Made by a program: the position numbers and the translations under genes. From Smithella sp. PtaU1.Bin162 (lineage in GTDB: Bacteria; Desulfobacterota; Syntrophia; Syntrophales; Smithellaceae), in NCBI GenBank assembly GCA_002068015.1, contig MVRV01000029.1:24373-88372 (forward strand): a DNA stretch of 64,000 nucleotides, in the 5' to 3' direction. How positions within the stretch are numbered: the stretch's first letter is position 1; every line of letters begins with the position of its first letter. The notes beneath the pieces were generated by a model. That model did no database searches. It saw only the letters and a list, made by a program, of their open reading frames with translations, and was not told the DNA's origin. Positions 49,877 to 59,554 of the stretch are shown in pieces.

Positions 49877-50815
49877 ATGAAACAAAATAATCAGGGAATG
49901 ATGCTCGCCGTCCGGGTGAGTCTTGTATGCAACGCTATCTTATTTATTATTAAGGCTGTTACTCTGGTCATTGTCGATTCGCTGGCTGTCGCTGCCGATC
50001 TGGGTATATCCGTAATCGCCCTCGGTGTTTCCGCCTTTCTCTATTACGCAATAAAAATGTCCAATAAACCGGCAGATACCTTCCATAATTATGGGTACGG
50101 TAAAATTGAGAATGTCACGGAAGCCATAGAAGGAGTTATTCTGATCGGTCTGGCCGTAGCCATGTCCTTTCAAGCATTTATGCACATTATTAGAGTCGGA
50201 GAAATTAATTCTCCACTGGTCGGCTTTATTGCCAGTATAGCCGGAGTTGCAATAAATTTCTGGGGCGCCGGTTATATTTTGAAACTGGGAGAAAAACACG
50301 CATCACCGGCGCTGCGGGCCGAAGGCTTGCATTTTCGCCTCGAAGGATTTATCTCTCTTTCGATAACTTTGTCTTTTGCTTTAGTCATCTTGTTCAATTA
50401 CCTGGGACTGTTAACCACAGCCAAATATGTAGATCCTGTTGCAACATTGATAGTCAGTATCATTATCACTGTTCCTTCTGTTAATCTTCTGCGCAAGGCA
50501 TTTATGAAACTCCTTGACGCCTCTATCGAGGAAACCGGACAAATGGATATTGTCAAGGTGTTGGTTTCTCATTTCGATAAATACTGCAATTTCAACAATA
50601 TTAAAACCAGATCGGCCGGAAGAAAGCGGTTTGTTGACATCAACCTTATCATGCCCGATCATCTTTCCGTCAAAAACGCCCACCGGATTGCCTCAGCTAT
50701 CAAAGATGATCTTAAGTCATCCATGGCGGAAAGCGAAGTAATCGTCCACATAGAACCATGCGTCAAAGATTGCGCCTTCACCAAAGACAACCGGAAATGT
50801 CCTTACGCCGAGTAG
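49877..50815 (+). CDS. cation diffusion facilitator (CDF) family metal transporter
   Basis: 312 aa. Six TM helices with DSLAVAAD and HxxxD-like sites, plus a C-terminal cytoplasmic domain ending ..VIVHIEP. Confidence 0.8.
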   Translation: MKQNNQGMMLAVRVSLVCNAILFIIKAVTLVIVDSLAVAADLGISVIALGVSAFLYYAIKMSNKPADTFHNYGYGKIENVTEAIEGVILIGLAVAMSFQAFMHIIRVGEINSPLVGFIASIAGVAINFWGAGYILKLGEKHASPALRAEGLHFRLEGFISLSITLSFALVILFNYLGLLTTAKYVDPVATLIVSIIITVPSVNLLRKAFMKLLDASIEETGQMDIVKVLVSHFDKYCNFNNIKTRSAGRKRFVDINLIMPDHLSVKNAHRIASAIKDDLKSSMAESEVIVHIEPCVKDCAFTKDNRKCPYAE

Positions 50816-50937
50816 AAATTTCCATTTTGCCTATAATCCTTCACAGAAGGAAGGCAGGAAGCCGGCAGTACGAAACACCGTTAAATAATCTTCAAAAAAT
50901 ATTGAATTAATGAGCTTGCACCGCAGTATTCTGCTGA

Positions 50938-52203
50938 TCAGGTCCGGAAGGAAGACAGCCCGGCAAAATCCAGAGTGGCAAAATAATCGTCAACCGTTTC
51001 CGCCCGGCGGATCGGAACTACTTTGCCGTCTTCCCTTAACAACAGCTCTGCCGAACGGAGCTTGCCGTTATAATTAAAACCCATGGCATAACCGTGCGCT
51101 CCCGCATCGTGAATGACTATGATATCGCCTCTCTCCAGGAGGGGCAATTTGCGGTCGATCGCAAATTTGTCATTGTTTTCGCAAAGGGAACCGGTCACAT
51201 CGTAGACAACTTCGGCAATTTGATTTTCTTTGCCGGCAACCGTAATGTGGTGGTAAGCACCGTATAATGCCGGGCGCATCAAATTGGCCATACAGGCATC
51301 GAGGCCCGCAAATTTTTTATAGGTATTCTTGATATGGAGAACTCTGGTCACAAGATAGCCGTAAGGCCCTGTGATGTAACGGCCGCATTCCGTATAAAGT
51401 TTGATGGGACCGAGGCCGTTCGCTACGATAATTTTTTCATATTTTTCCTTAATGCCCCGGCTCACGGCATTAATGTCGATACGTTCCTCACCGGGACGGT
51501 AGGGGATTCCTACACCGCCACCGATATTGACAAATTCAAAAGAAATTTTCAGTTTATGAGTCAGTTCGACAATAAGTTTAAACAGAATTTCCGCCGTCTC
51601 TACAAAATAACCGGCGGAAAGTTCGTTGGACGCTACCATGGTATGGATGCCGAACCGTTTGATACCTTTGTCGCGGCAGATTTTATAACCTTCGACCAAC
51701 TGATCATGGGTAAAACCGTATTTGGCTTCTTCCGGATGCCCGATGATCAAGTTGCCTTTTTTTAGTTTTCCGGGATTATAGCGGAAACAAATGAGCTGCG
51801 GCAGGCCCGCATATTCTTCGAGATAAAAAATATGGCTCAAATCATCCAGGTTGATAACCGCCTTTAATTCTTTTGCTTTTAAAAATTCGGCGGCAGGCGT
51901 ATCGTTGGATGTAAACATGATTTCAGCCCCGCTGATACCTGTTTTTTGAACCATGATCAATTCGGCAAGTGAACTGCAATCCGCCCCGAAACCTTCCTTG
52001 TGCAGTATTTTCATTAGATAGGGGTTGGGGGCGGCTTTAACGGCGAAAAATTCTTTAAACCCTTCGTTCCAGGAAAAGGCGTTCTTAAACTCGCGGGCAT
52101 TTTCGCGCATGGCCTTTTCATCATAAAGGTGAAACGGAGTCGGATATTTTTCGATTATTTTTTCCAATTGATCTTTTGTAAAGGGCAGTTTTTTATCTAA
52201 CAC
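50938..52203 (-). CDS. PLP-dependent decarboxylase, Orn/DAP/Arg (group IV) family; diaminopimelate-decarboxylase-like
   Basis: 421 aa. PTPFHLYDE, PLP-Lys in FFAVKAAPNP, NIGGGVGIPY and a late CENND block. GTG start. Assignment as lysA itself is not certain. Confidence 0.7.
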   Translation of the reverse strand: MLDKKLPFTKDQLEKIIEKYPTPFHLYDEKAMRENAREFKNAFSWNEGFKEFFAVKAAPNPYLMKILHKEGFGADCSSLAELIMVQKTGISGAEIMFTSNDTPAAEFLKAKELKAVINLDDLSHIFYLEEYAGLPQLICFRYNPGKLKKGNLIIGHPEEAKYGFTHDQLVEGYKICRDKGIKRFGIHTMVASNELSAGYFVETAEILFKLIVELTHKLKISFEFVNIGGGVGIPYRPGEERIDINAVSRGIKEKYEKIIVANGLGPIKLYTECGRYITGPYGYLVTRVLHIKNTYKKFAGLDACMANLMRPALYGAYHHITVAGKENQIAEVVYDVTGSLCENNDKFAIDRKLPLLERGDIIVIHDAGAHGYAMGFNYNGKLRSAELLLREDGKVVPIRRAETVDDYFATLDFAGLSSFRT

Positions 52204-52252
52204 GGCAAAGAGCTCCTTGATTTAATGACTGACAGGTTTTTGCAGCACCTTG

Positions 52253-53740
52253 CTATAATTTTTTGGCCATTTTACGGAAATGGTAACCATAAATCATCAA
52301 TGTCATTGCTTCAGAAAAAGATTCCCGGTAAAAAATCAACGATTTCAGCATTAATTTCCAATAATACCACTGAGTAGCGCCATTGCCTAAAATACCAATA
52401 TAAAAAACGGATTTGACGAATGCCCGCATCCGTCGCACCGAATATCTGTTCTTCCGTTTTATCGGTATCGGTTTATATGATTTGAGAAATTCATTGATGC
52501 GCTGATAATAATAACGCGGGCTGTAAATTGTTTTGACGATTTTCTGATAACCTGCAATGAGTTTTGTTTTATCCATTCGTGGAATGAAGTTGATACTACC
52601 GTCTGTATTGTTTCCGGAAGAGTTATCATCCAGACGATTTTCATCTTTCAGGCGATGCCATAATTTTGTATTGGGTAAGGCATTCAAAAGCCCGACCATC
52701 GCTGTTACAACACCGGTTTCCTGAATGAACTTAATCTGTCGGGCAAAAATATTTTCATCATCATTGTCAAAGCCGACAATATATCCTCCGAATACCTGCA
52801 ATCCCCCCGCTTGTAATTTTTTTATCGCAGCAATCATATCGCGTTTGCAGTTCTGATTTTTGGAGCATTCTTTCAAACTTTCCTCGTTGGGTGTTTCGAG
52901 ACCGATAAATATACTGTTAAATCCGGCCTGGGTCATAAGACGAATAAGTTCATCGTCATCGGCGATATTGATGGATGTCTCCGTAAGCAATTCAAAGGGA
53001 TATTGGTGTTTTTTCATCCATGCAACAACCCCGGGCAACATCGTCTTGATAGCCTTTTTGTTGCCGATAAAATTGTCATCTACTATAAATACCGTACCCC
53101 GCCATCCGGTATCATAAATACTTTGCAGCTCGCGCAAAAACTGATCTTCAGTTTTGATGCGCGGATTATGGCCGAAAAGCGACGTAACATCACAAAATTC
53201 ACAGTTGAAGGGGCAGCCCCGGGAAAACTGGATCATTAAATTAGCATAGCATTTGATCCTGGCCAGATCCCAGCGCGGCAACGGAGTGCTGTGCAACGAA
53301 GGAAACTCGCCGGAGCGGTAAACCTTTTGGGCGGCACCCCGGGCCAAATCAGACAAAAACGGCGGCAAGGTACATTCGGCTTCATTTAAAATCAGATGAT
53401 CCACTGAATCATAATAATCCTCGGGCTTTGCAGAAAATAATGGGCCACCCGCAATAACTTTTTTCTTTAATCTCACACATTCCCGAAGAATTTCGTCTAC
53501 GGAATCCTTTTGAATCAACATGGCGCTGATCATTACATAATCAGCCCAGAGCATGTCTTTCTCTCTGAGTTTCTCAATATTCAGGTCCGTAAGGCGGATA
53601 TTCCATTCAGCAGGCAGCATGGCGGCAACTGTGAGCAGGCCGAGCGGCGGAAATGCCGCTTTTTTAGCAATGTACTTCATAACATGCTTGAAGCTCCAGA
53701 AAGTTACCGGATAACGGGGATATATCATTAAAATATTCAT
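52253..53740 (-). CDS. B12-binding-domain radical SAM protein (DUF4070-type C-terminus)
   Basis: 495 aa. N-terminal cobalamin-binding-like region (PPLGLLTVAAML), radical SAM cluster motif CPFNCEFC and a long C-terminal extension. Confidence 0.8.
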   Translation of the reverse strand: MNILMIYPRYPVTFWSFKHVMKYIAKKAAFPPLGLLTVAAMLPAEWNIRLTDLNIEKLREKDMLWADYVMISAMLIQKDSVDEILRECVRLKKKVIAGGPLFSAKPEDYYDSVDHLILNEAECTLPPFLSDLARGAAQKVYRSGEFPSLHSTPLPRWDLARIKCYANLMIQFSRGCPFNCEFCDVTSLFGHNPRIKTEDQFLRELQSIYDTGWRGTVFIVDDNFIGNKKAIKTMLPGVVAWMKKHQYPFELLTETSINIADDDELIRLMTQAGFNSIFIGLETPNEESLKECSKNQNCKRDMIAAIKKLQAGGLQVFGGYIVGFDNDDENIFARQIKFIQETGVVTAMVGLLNALPNTKLWHRLKDENRLDDNSSGNNTDGSINFIPRMDKTKLIAGYQKIVKTIYSPRYYYQRINEFLKSYKPIPIKRKNRYSVRRMRAFVKSVFYIGILGNGATQWYYWKLMLKSLIFYRESFSEAMTLMIYGYHFRKMAKKL

Positions 53741-53770
53741 AGCAGTATAACCTTAAAAACCAGTTATTAA

Positions 53771-54772
53771 TTAACAGGTAAAATAGTTTAATACAAGGTA
53801 AATAATGGCAGAAATAAGCGCAGTAATTGGCAGCGTCAATATCCAGGCCCAGACAATACTACCGGCTACACCCCAGCGCACAGCGTTTAATCTTTTGGTA
53901 GCACCAACACCGACAATTGCTCCTGCTATTGTGTGAGTAGTGCTGACGGGAATTCCGGCTACGGAAGATCCGATAATTGCGCAGGCAGCTGCGGCTTCTG
54001 CGCTGAACCCTCCGATAGGGCGCAGTTTAGTAATCTTTGTTCCCATTGTTTTTACAATGCGCCAACCGCCGAACATTGTACCCAAAGCAATAACCGTGTA
54101 GCACATAATAATTATCCAATAAGGAATGTTGAAGCTCGAATCTATCAGACCTTTACTGTATAGAATAATAGCGATAATACCTATTGTCTTTTGCGCATCA
54201 TTCATACCATGTCCCAGTGAATAAACGGCTGAAGAAATCAGTTGTAATTTACGGTACAGTTTTTCCGAGCGCGCCATATTGGAGTTACGATTCAGATTCA
54301 TAGAAATTACCATAAAAACATAACCCAGCACCAATCCGATCGTCGGTGAAAGGATAATAAAGGCCATGGTTTTGGTAATACCGGTCCAAACCAGCGTACT
54401 GATTCCACCCTTGGCAATACCGGCACCTATTAATCCGCCGATCAGAGCGTGAGAAGAGCTGCTGGGTAAGCCAAAGTACCAGGTAATAATATTCCAGATT
54501 ATAGCCCCTCCCAAAGCGGCCAGAATTAATCCGTTATCAATAATTTTGATATTTACAATGCCCTGACCAATAGTATGGGCAACTTGTGTTCCAATAAGAA
54601 ATGCCGCTACAAAATTGAAAAATGCCGCCCAGAAGACGGCATATTTTGGTGACAGAACGCGTGTGGAAACAATTGTAGAAATGGAATTGGAGGAATCATG
54701 AAAACCATTAAGAAAATCAAAAACCAGGGCGACAACAACCAGAAAAATTACAAACCCCAAGGAATCAAGCAT
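53771..54772 (-). CDS. inorganic phosphate transporter, PiT family
   Basis: 333 aa. Duplicated PiT signature GFHDSSNSI / GMNDAQKTIG plus polytopic hydrophobicity. Confidence 0.9.
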   Translation of the reverse strand: MLDSLGFVIFLVVVALVFDFLNGFHDSSNSISTIVSTRVLSPKYAVFWAAFFNFVAAFLIGTQVAHTIGQGIVNIKIIDNGLILAALGGAIIWNIITWYFGLPSSSSHALIGGLIGAGIAKGGISTLVWTGITKTMAFIILSPTIGLVLGYVFMVISMNLNRNSNMARSEKLYRKLQLISSAVYSLGHGMNDAQKTIGIIAIILYSKGLIDSSFNIPYWIIIMCYTVIALGTMFGGWRIVKTMGTKITKLRPIGGFSAEAAAACAIIGSSVAGIPVSTTHTIAGAIVGVGATKRLNAVRWGVAGSIVWAWILTLPITALISAIIYLVLNYFTC

Positions 54773-55385
54773 GCTTTAAGACGATCCCTTCCACAATATT
54801 GGATACATCCTCGCATACATCAATAGCTTCCTCGATCCGTTCAAAGATTTCTTTCCATTTTAAAAGTTCAATGGCATCTTTTTCCTTCACAAAGAGATCG
54901 GCAATGATGGTTCGTAAAACAACATCACCGGCATTTTCCAATGTGTTAATTTCCACGCAGGCATCCATAATCATTTTAGCGTTTTTCATATCGCGCAGGG
55001 CGTGAATTATGATTTTTATTTTGGCCACAGCTTCCGTTAAAATTCTGGCTTGCTTGATGATTTCATCATCGGGCTTTTTAACCTTATAAAGATAAATACG
55101 GACAGCCGTGGCTTCAATCATATCCATGATGCTGTCCATCTTATTGACTAAAGCGTAAATATCTTCACGATCCAGCGGGGTAAGAAAGGTTTTGTGCATT
55201 TTTTCATAGGTACGGTGGGTAATGACATCCGCTTCGTGTTCTACTTCTTTGAGTTTGGAAATTTTGGCTTCCGAGTAATCGTGTTTTTCCGTCATCGCGA
55301 GGAAAATACGGCAGCCCTCCTCTATTTTATTGGCTAATTCTTCAAAATAATCGAAAAATTTTTCTTCTTTGGGAAAAAAACGCAT
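54765..55385 (-). CDS. DUF47 (PhoU-like) protein paired with PiT
   Basis: About 206 aa from the ATG at 55385 (MRFFPKEEKFFDYFEE...), with AAGGAGG upstream. 8-nt overlap with the PiT gene, which is the conserved DUF47-PiT pairing. Confidence 0.85.
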   Translation of the reverse strand: MRFFPKEEKFFDYFEELANKIEEGCRIFLAMTEKHDYSEAKISKLKEVEHEADVITHRTYEKMHKTFLTPLDREDIYALVNKMDSIMDMIEATAVRIYLYKVKKPDDEIIKQARILTEAVAKIKIIIHALRDMKNAKMIMDACVEINTLENAGDVVLRTIIADLFVKEKDAIELLKWKEIFERIEEAIDVCEDVSNIVEGIVLKHA

Positions 55386-55528
55386 GAAAAAACCCTCCTT
55401 AAGGGTCAAAATAAATTACCATAATTATTTTCACGCAGTGCTCTAACGGATTATCAAAAAAATTGCAAGGCTTTAAACCGGAACAAACACTATCTTTCTT
55501 GGGACAAATCATGACAGAAATGTAATTA

Positions 55529-56014
55529 TTATAATGTCTTGGAGTATATAATCTTGCCATCACCGACAGCATAAAAATCTTTCAAAAAAGCTTCCCGAAT
55601 GTAGCCGCAGTGTTCATAAAATTTGTGCGTCACAGAATATTGAAGCCGGGAAGATGTCTCCGCATAAACCCGTCTGCCGCCGCTGTTTTGTATAATAGAT
55701 TCTGTTTCTTGCAACAATTGCTTCCCCCATCCTTGAGCACGCAAACTATTATCCACGGCAATCCAATAAAGGTCATAACTTGCATCCGTAGCGGGAATTA
55801 AACCGAAACACGTATACCCCAACACCAGATCCTTATCTTCTGCAAAAAGGAACTGATAGGAGCTGGTGTGGTCGGTAAGCTTTTCATCGGCAAGTTCTCC
55901 TGCCAAATCAATTTCCGCGGCAGAAAAAAATCCGCTTGATTTGACGATTCTGTCAATGGCATCCAGATCCGATGATTTAATTTGCCTGCGGTATGTTATC
56001 CGGTTAATATTCAT
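55529..56014 (-). CDS. small single-domain GNAT N-acyltransferase
   Basis: 161 aa. Acetyl-CoA binding block IAVDNSLRAQGWGKQLLQETESI and C-terminal FYEHCGY. Confidence 0.8.
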   Translation of the reverse strand: MNINRITYRRQIKSSDLDAIDRIVKSSGFFSAAEIDLAGELADEKLTDHTSSYQFLFAEDKDLVLGYTCFGLIPATDASYDLYWIAVDNSLRAQGWGKQLLQETESIIQNSGGRRVYAETSSRLQYSVTHKFYEHCGYIREAFLKDFYAVGDGKIIYSKTL

Positions 56015-56069
56015 AAATTATTACACCTGAGGCAGTTTATTGTACAAATGAAATCAGCGGAAATACCGA

Positions 56070-57071
56070 TTATCTGAAAGACTTATATCTTTTTAATGCA
56101 TCGTCGACAATCAGTTCTATAGCTTCACAAAATTTCAGGGATGCTTTTTCAACAGCAAACGCAAATCCCGCTTCTAAAGACAGGCATGGGTTGGCATTTA
56201 TCTCCAGAACCCATGGATTGCCGTTTTTATCCACACGGAAATCAACCCGGGCATATCCGTGTAACCCAAAAAGATCCCAACATCGTTTTGCAATATCCTG
56301 TAAACCGGCAATTAATCGATCATCCTGCGAAGAAAAATCCATTGTCCGAGTGGTATTTTCATATTCAAAAGTGCCTTCCACCCACTTGGCACGATAGTCC
56401 AGCAGTTTTAATTTGTCCGGTCCGAATCCGATAAACTGCATTTCAGCGGGGTGAAGTACCTGCACACCGGCCTTGCCGGCAATCAATGCGATATTAAATT
56501 CACGGCCGTCAATGTAAGCTTCGGCAAAACAGGGTCCTCCTATTTGCTTTCTCCGTTTATTCATGAGGGCTACAATGTCAATTTTATCATCAAGATTAAC
56601 AATGGAATTTTCATCGAGACCAACAGATGCATGCTCCCATGAAGCTTTCAATAAATATGTGCTGGAAGGCGCTTCCCCGGTACAAATACCACTTGATGAA
56701 ATCCAGGCAGGAGTGGGAATGCCTGCTTGCGCCATTATTTCTTTAGCCACCGGTTTATTGGAAGTGAGAAAAATTGCATCCGTCCCGCAACCGGTATAAG
56801 GAATATCAAGATGGTCCAAAAGCGCAGGGGCAAAATGGATAAGACTGCCTTTGCCGTTAACTGTTTCCACAAGATTAAAAACGACCTCCGGCCGCAAAGA
56901 GTTAATGGCTTTGATTGTCTGATTCAAGTCAAGAACAAAGGGCAGAAAAACAGGATCGTAACCGAACAGGCGCAATGCTTCGGCAACAGTATCGGCCTGT
57001 CTTAAGCAATCCAACTCATCCTCGCCGGCATCGGGCATAATGTCGCTGTGAAGTATTACAACGTTTTTCAT
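56070..57071 (-). CDS. ATP-grasp ligase, D-alanine--D-alanine ligase family (paralog 2)
   Basis: 333 aa. Pre-ATP-grasp region, central LLKASWEHASVGL and C-terminal GYARVDFRVDKNGNPWVLEINANP (Mg-ATP ligand block E-x-N). Confidence 0.75.
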   Translation of the reverse strand: MKNVVILHSDIMPDAGEDELDCLRQADTVAEALRLFGYDPVFLPFVLDLNQTIKAINSLRPEVVFNLVETVNGKGSLIHFAPALLDHLDIPYTGCGTDAIFLTSNKPVAKEIMAQAGIPTPAWISSSGICTGEAPSSTYLLKASWEHASVGLDENSIVNLDDKIDIVALMNKRRKQIGGPCFAEAYIDGREFNIALIAGKAGVQVLHPAEMQFIGFGPDKLKLLDYRAKWVEGTFEYENTTRTMDFSSQDDRLIAGLQDIAKRCWDLFGLHGYARVDFRVDKNGNPWVLEINANPCLSLEAGFAFAVEKASLKFCEAIELIVDDALKRYKSFR

Positions 57072-57089
57072 TCGAATTCTTCTACAGAT

Positions 57090-58118
57090 TTATTTTTCGG
57101 CTTTCGCTGCTTGTTGCGAATTTGCTTCTATGCGACGGAATGCCGACTTTAACACGGCAGAGATCAATTCATGGTAGGTCATCCCCAGAAGGTTGCACAA
57201 AATAGGCAAATCCGACCGTACGGGGTTTAATCCAGCCAGCGAATTAACTTCCATAAAATTCGGCACACCGTGAGCATCAGAACGCAAATCCACACGACCA
57301 GCATCTTTTAAATCCAAACCACGCCAAGCTGCAAGCGATATTTCCATGGCCTGTCTGGCTTCATCATCATTAACCAGGACATATTGTACCAGCTTGTCAT
57401 AGTTTTCTTTATTTTCATAGGAATAAGCGTTTTTTTCGGCTGTGGGCTTTAATATGACTTCTATTGCACCCAGTGCTTTGGCTTCTTTGCCCGTGCCGAT
57501 AATACCAACGGTAAATTCACGGCCGGGCAGATAAGTTTCAAGCAGTACGGGTTGCCGGAAAGTTTTTAAGAGGTTTGCACAAATCGGCTGTAATTCTTCC
57601 CAGGTGTTTATTTTCGACTGCGCCGTTATTCCCTTTCCCGTTCCTTCGGCAACAGGCTTGGCAAACAAAGGGAAAGGTAATTTAACAGCGGTAATATCTT
57701 CTTCGCTTTTGATGACGGTAAAGGAGGGTGTAGGAATACCTTGATCACGAACAACATGCTTGGTCATGCCCTTGTGCAGAGTAAGGGCGTGACCAAGCGG
57801 GTCAGAAAACGTGTAGGGGATATTATAAGCATCCAGTAGTGCAGGTACTTGCGCTTCGCGGCCGAAACCCGATATACCTTCGGCAATATTAAAAACCATG
57901 TCCCAGCGTTCGCCTGCGGCAAGTTTTCGGGTTAGCGCCCGAATATTGCCAATCCGATCGACCTCGTAACCGTTATCGCGGATAACTTTTTCAATTGCCT
58001 CAATGGTCTCCGGAAGATCCAACTCCGCCGTTTCTTCGTGGGTAAAACCTTCTCTCAAATAGTCATCACGCAAATCATAAGTCATTCCTATTTTAAACTT
58101 GTAAACGGCGGCATTCAA
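57090..58118 (-). CDS. ATP-grasp ligase, D-alanine--D-alanine ligase family (paralog 1)
   Basis: 342 aa. IGMTYDLRDDY N-terminus, FAKPVAEGTGKGI and GRVDLRSDAHGVPNFMEVNSLAGL. TTG start at 58118; an alternative ATG lies at 58085. Confidence 0.75.
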   Translation of the reverse strand: MNAAVYKFKIGMTYDLRDDYLREGFTHEETAELDLPETIEAIEKVIRDNGYEVDRIGNIRALTRKLAAGERWDMVFNIAEGISGFGREAQVPALLDAYNIPYTFSDPLGHALTLHKGMTKHVVRDQGIPTPSFTVIKSEEDITAVKLPFPLFAKPVAEGTGKGITAQSKINTWEELQPICANLLKTFRQPVLLETYLPGREFTVGIIGTGKEAKALGAIEVILKPTAEKNAYSYENKENYDKLVQYVLVNDDEARQAMEISLAAWRGLDLKDAGRVDLRSDAHGVPNFMEVNSLAGLNPVRSDLPILCNLLGMTYHELISAVLKSAFRRIEANSQQAAKAEK

Positions 58119-58143
58119 AATAAAACTCTCTCCTCTTTCTTTA

Positions 58144-59457
58144 CTAATGAATATCTTTTATTTCCGCATGATTATCCGGATAGCGGTAAACATTGCCTTC
58201 ATAATTGCGCATGAGTAAATCACCTTTGTCCCACCCTATAGCATATTCGGGCAGCAAAGGAATTTTGCCTCCTCCACCGGGAGCATCAACGACATAGGTA
58301 GGTACGGCATAACCGGTGGTATGGCCGCGCAAGCCCTGGATAATTTCCAGTCCTTTACTGATTGGGGTGCGGAAATGCGAGGAGCCAGGAATCGGATCGC
58401 ACTGATATAAGTAATAAGGACGCACCCTGATCTGGAGCAAACCGTGAACCAGGCGCGCCATCGTGGAAACTTCATCATTAATCCCGGATAAAAGAACCGT
58501 CTGGCTGCCGAGCGGTATACCGGCATCGGCAAGCCGGATGCAGGCACCGCTCATCTCCGGGGTTAATTCATCCGGATGGGTTACATGAAGGCTCATCCAA
58601 AGGGGATGATATTTTTTCAACATCGCGGTTAGTGCCGGAGTTATCCGTTGCGGTAAAACAACAGGAACTTTGGTGCCGATACGTATCAATTCAACATGAG
58701 GAATTCTGTGCAACCGGGAAAGCAGCCATTCCAGTTTTTCATCCGACAAGGTCAAAGGATCTCCACCGGAAAGAAGCACGTCCCGGACATTGGGGTTATT
58801 AGCAATATATTCGATGGCTTTTTCCCATTTGCCAAGATCAATAAAATGCTGGTTTTTGCGCTCGATAATGCGTGACCGCGTGCAATACCGGCAATAGGTT
58901 GAACAGATATCGGTAACCAGAAACAATACCCGGTCAGGATAACGATGCACTATGCCGGGAACGGGTGAATCATTGTCTTCACCAAGAGGATCTTCTTCCT
59001 CGCCGGCAGTATGTAAACACTCATCCACAACAGGCACAACACATCGGCGCAAAGGCGCGGAAGGATCATGAGCATTAATCAAGCTGGCATAATATGGTGT
59101 TATCGAAACAGGCAATGATCCCGAATGATGCATCATCGCCTGACGTTCATTTTCGGAAAGATTGATCATGCAAGCCAGAGTGTCTACATCTCGAATCGCG
59201 TGGCTGAGCTGCCAATGCCAATCGAACCATTCGAAGCGGGTTACGTCGGGATAAAATCTTTTACGGAAAATTCGCGATCGAGGTGAGTCTTTAAAAGGAA
59301 ATAAAAATCTCTCTGGCTTTTGTTTAGCCGGATATGGCTGGTGGGTTTTTATGTTTAATGAAAAAAAGTCTAAAACTTCATTTTCAATCTTAACAAGACC
59401 GGTGGTCGTATGACCAGGAGGTTCCGCCTCCTCATTAAACAGGGTCTCGTTTTCCAT
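58144..59457 (-). CDS. kamA: lysine 2,3-aminomutase-type radical SAM / PLP enzyme (KamA family)
   Basis: Radical SAM motif CSTYCRYCTRS, then YQCDPIPGSSHFRTPISKGLEIIQGLRGHTTGYAVPTYVVDAPGGGGK, nearly collinear with Clostridium LAM. The ATG at 59457 has AAGGAGGA 5 nt upstream. The track ORF starts 8 codons earlier at 59481. Confidence 0.85.
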   Translation of the reverse strand: MENETLFNEEAEPPGHTTTGLVKIENEVLDFFSLNIKTHQPYPAKQKPERFLFPFKDSPRSRIFRKRFYPDVTRFEWFDWHWQLSHAIRDVDTLACMINLSENERQAMMHHSGSLPVSITPYYASLINAHDPSAPLRRCVVPVVDECLHTAGEEEDPLGEDNDSPVPGIVHRYPDRVLFLVTDICSTYCRYCTRSRIIERKNQHFIDLGKWEKAIEYIANNPNVRDVLLSGGDPLTLSDEKLEWLLSRLHRIPHVELIRIGTKVPVVLPQRITPALTAMLKKYHPLWMSLHVTHPDELTPEMSGACIRLADAGIPLGSQTVLLSGINDEVSTMARLVHGLLQIRVRPYYLYQCDPIPGSSHFRTPISKGLEIIQGLRGHTTGYAVPTYVVDAPGGGGKIPLLPEYAIGWDKGDLLMRNYEGNVYRYPDNHAEIKDIH

Positions 59458-59526
59458 CTTTTCCTCCTTCTGGAAGGCCATACCTTCCCATAAAAATTAT
59501 TTTAAAGAGTAAATCTCTTCAAAGTG

Positions 59527-59554
59527 AATTTACGCGAGCTATAAAATTTGTCAA
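59527..59554 (-). promoter_or_regulatory. candidate sigma70-type promoter for the kamA block
   Basis: The minus strand reads TTGACA (59554-59549), a 16-nt spacer, then TAAATT (59532-59527). By eye only. Confidence 0.3.
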
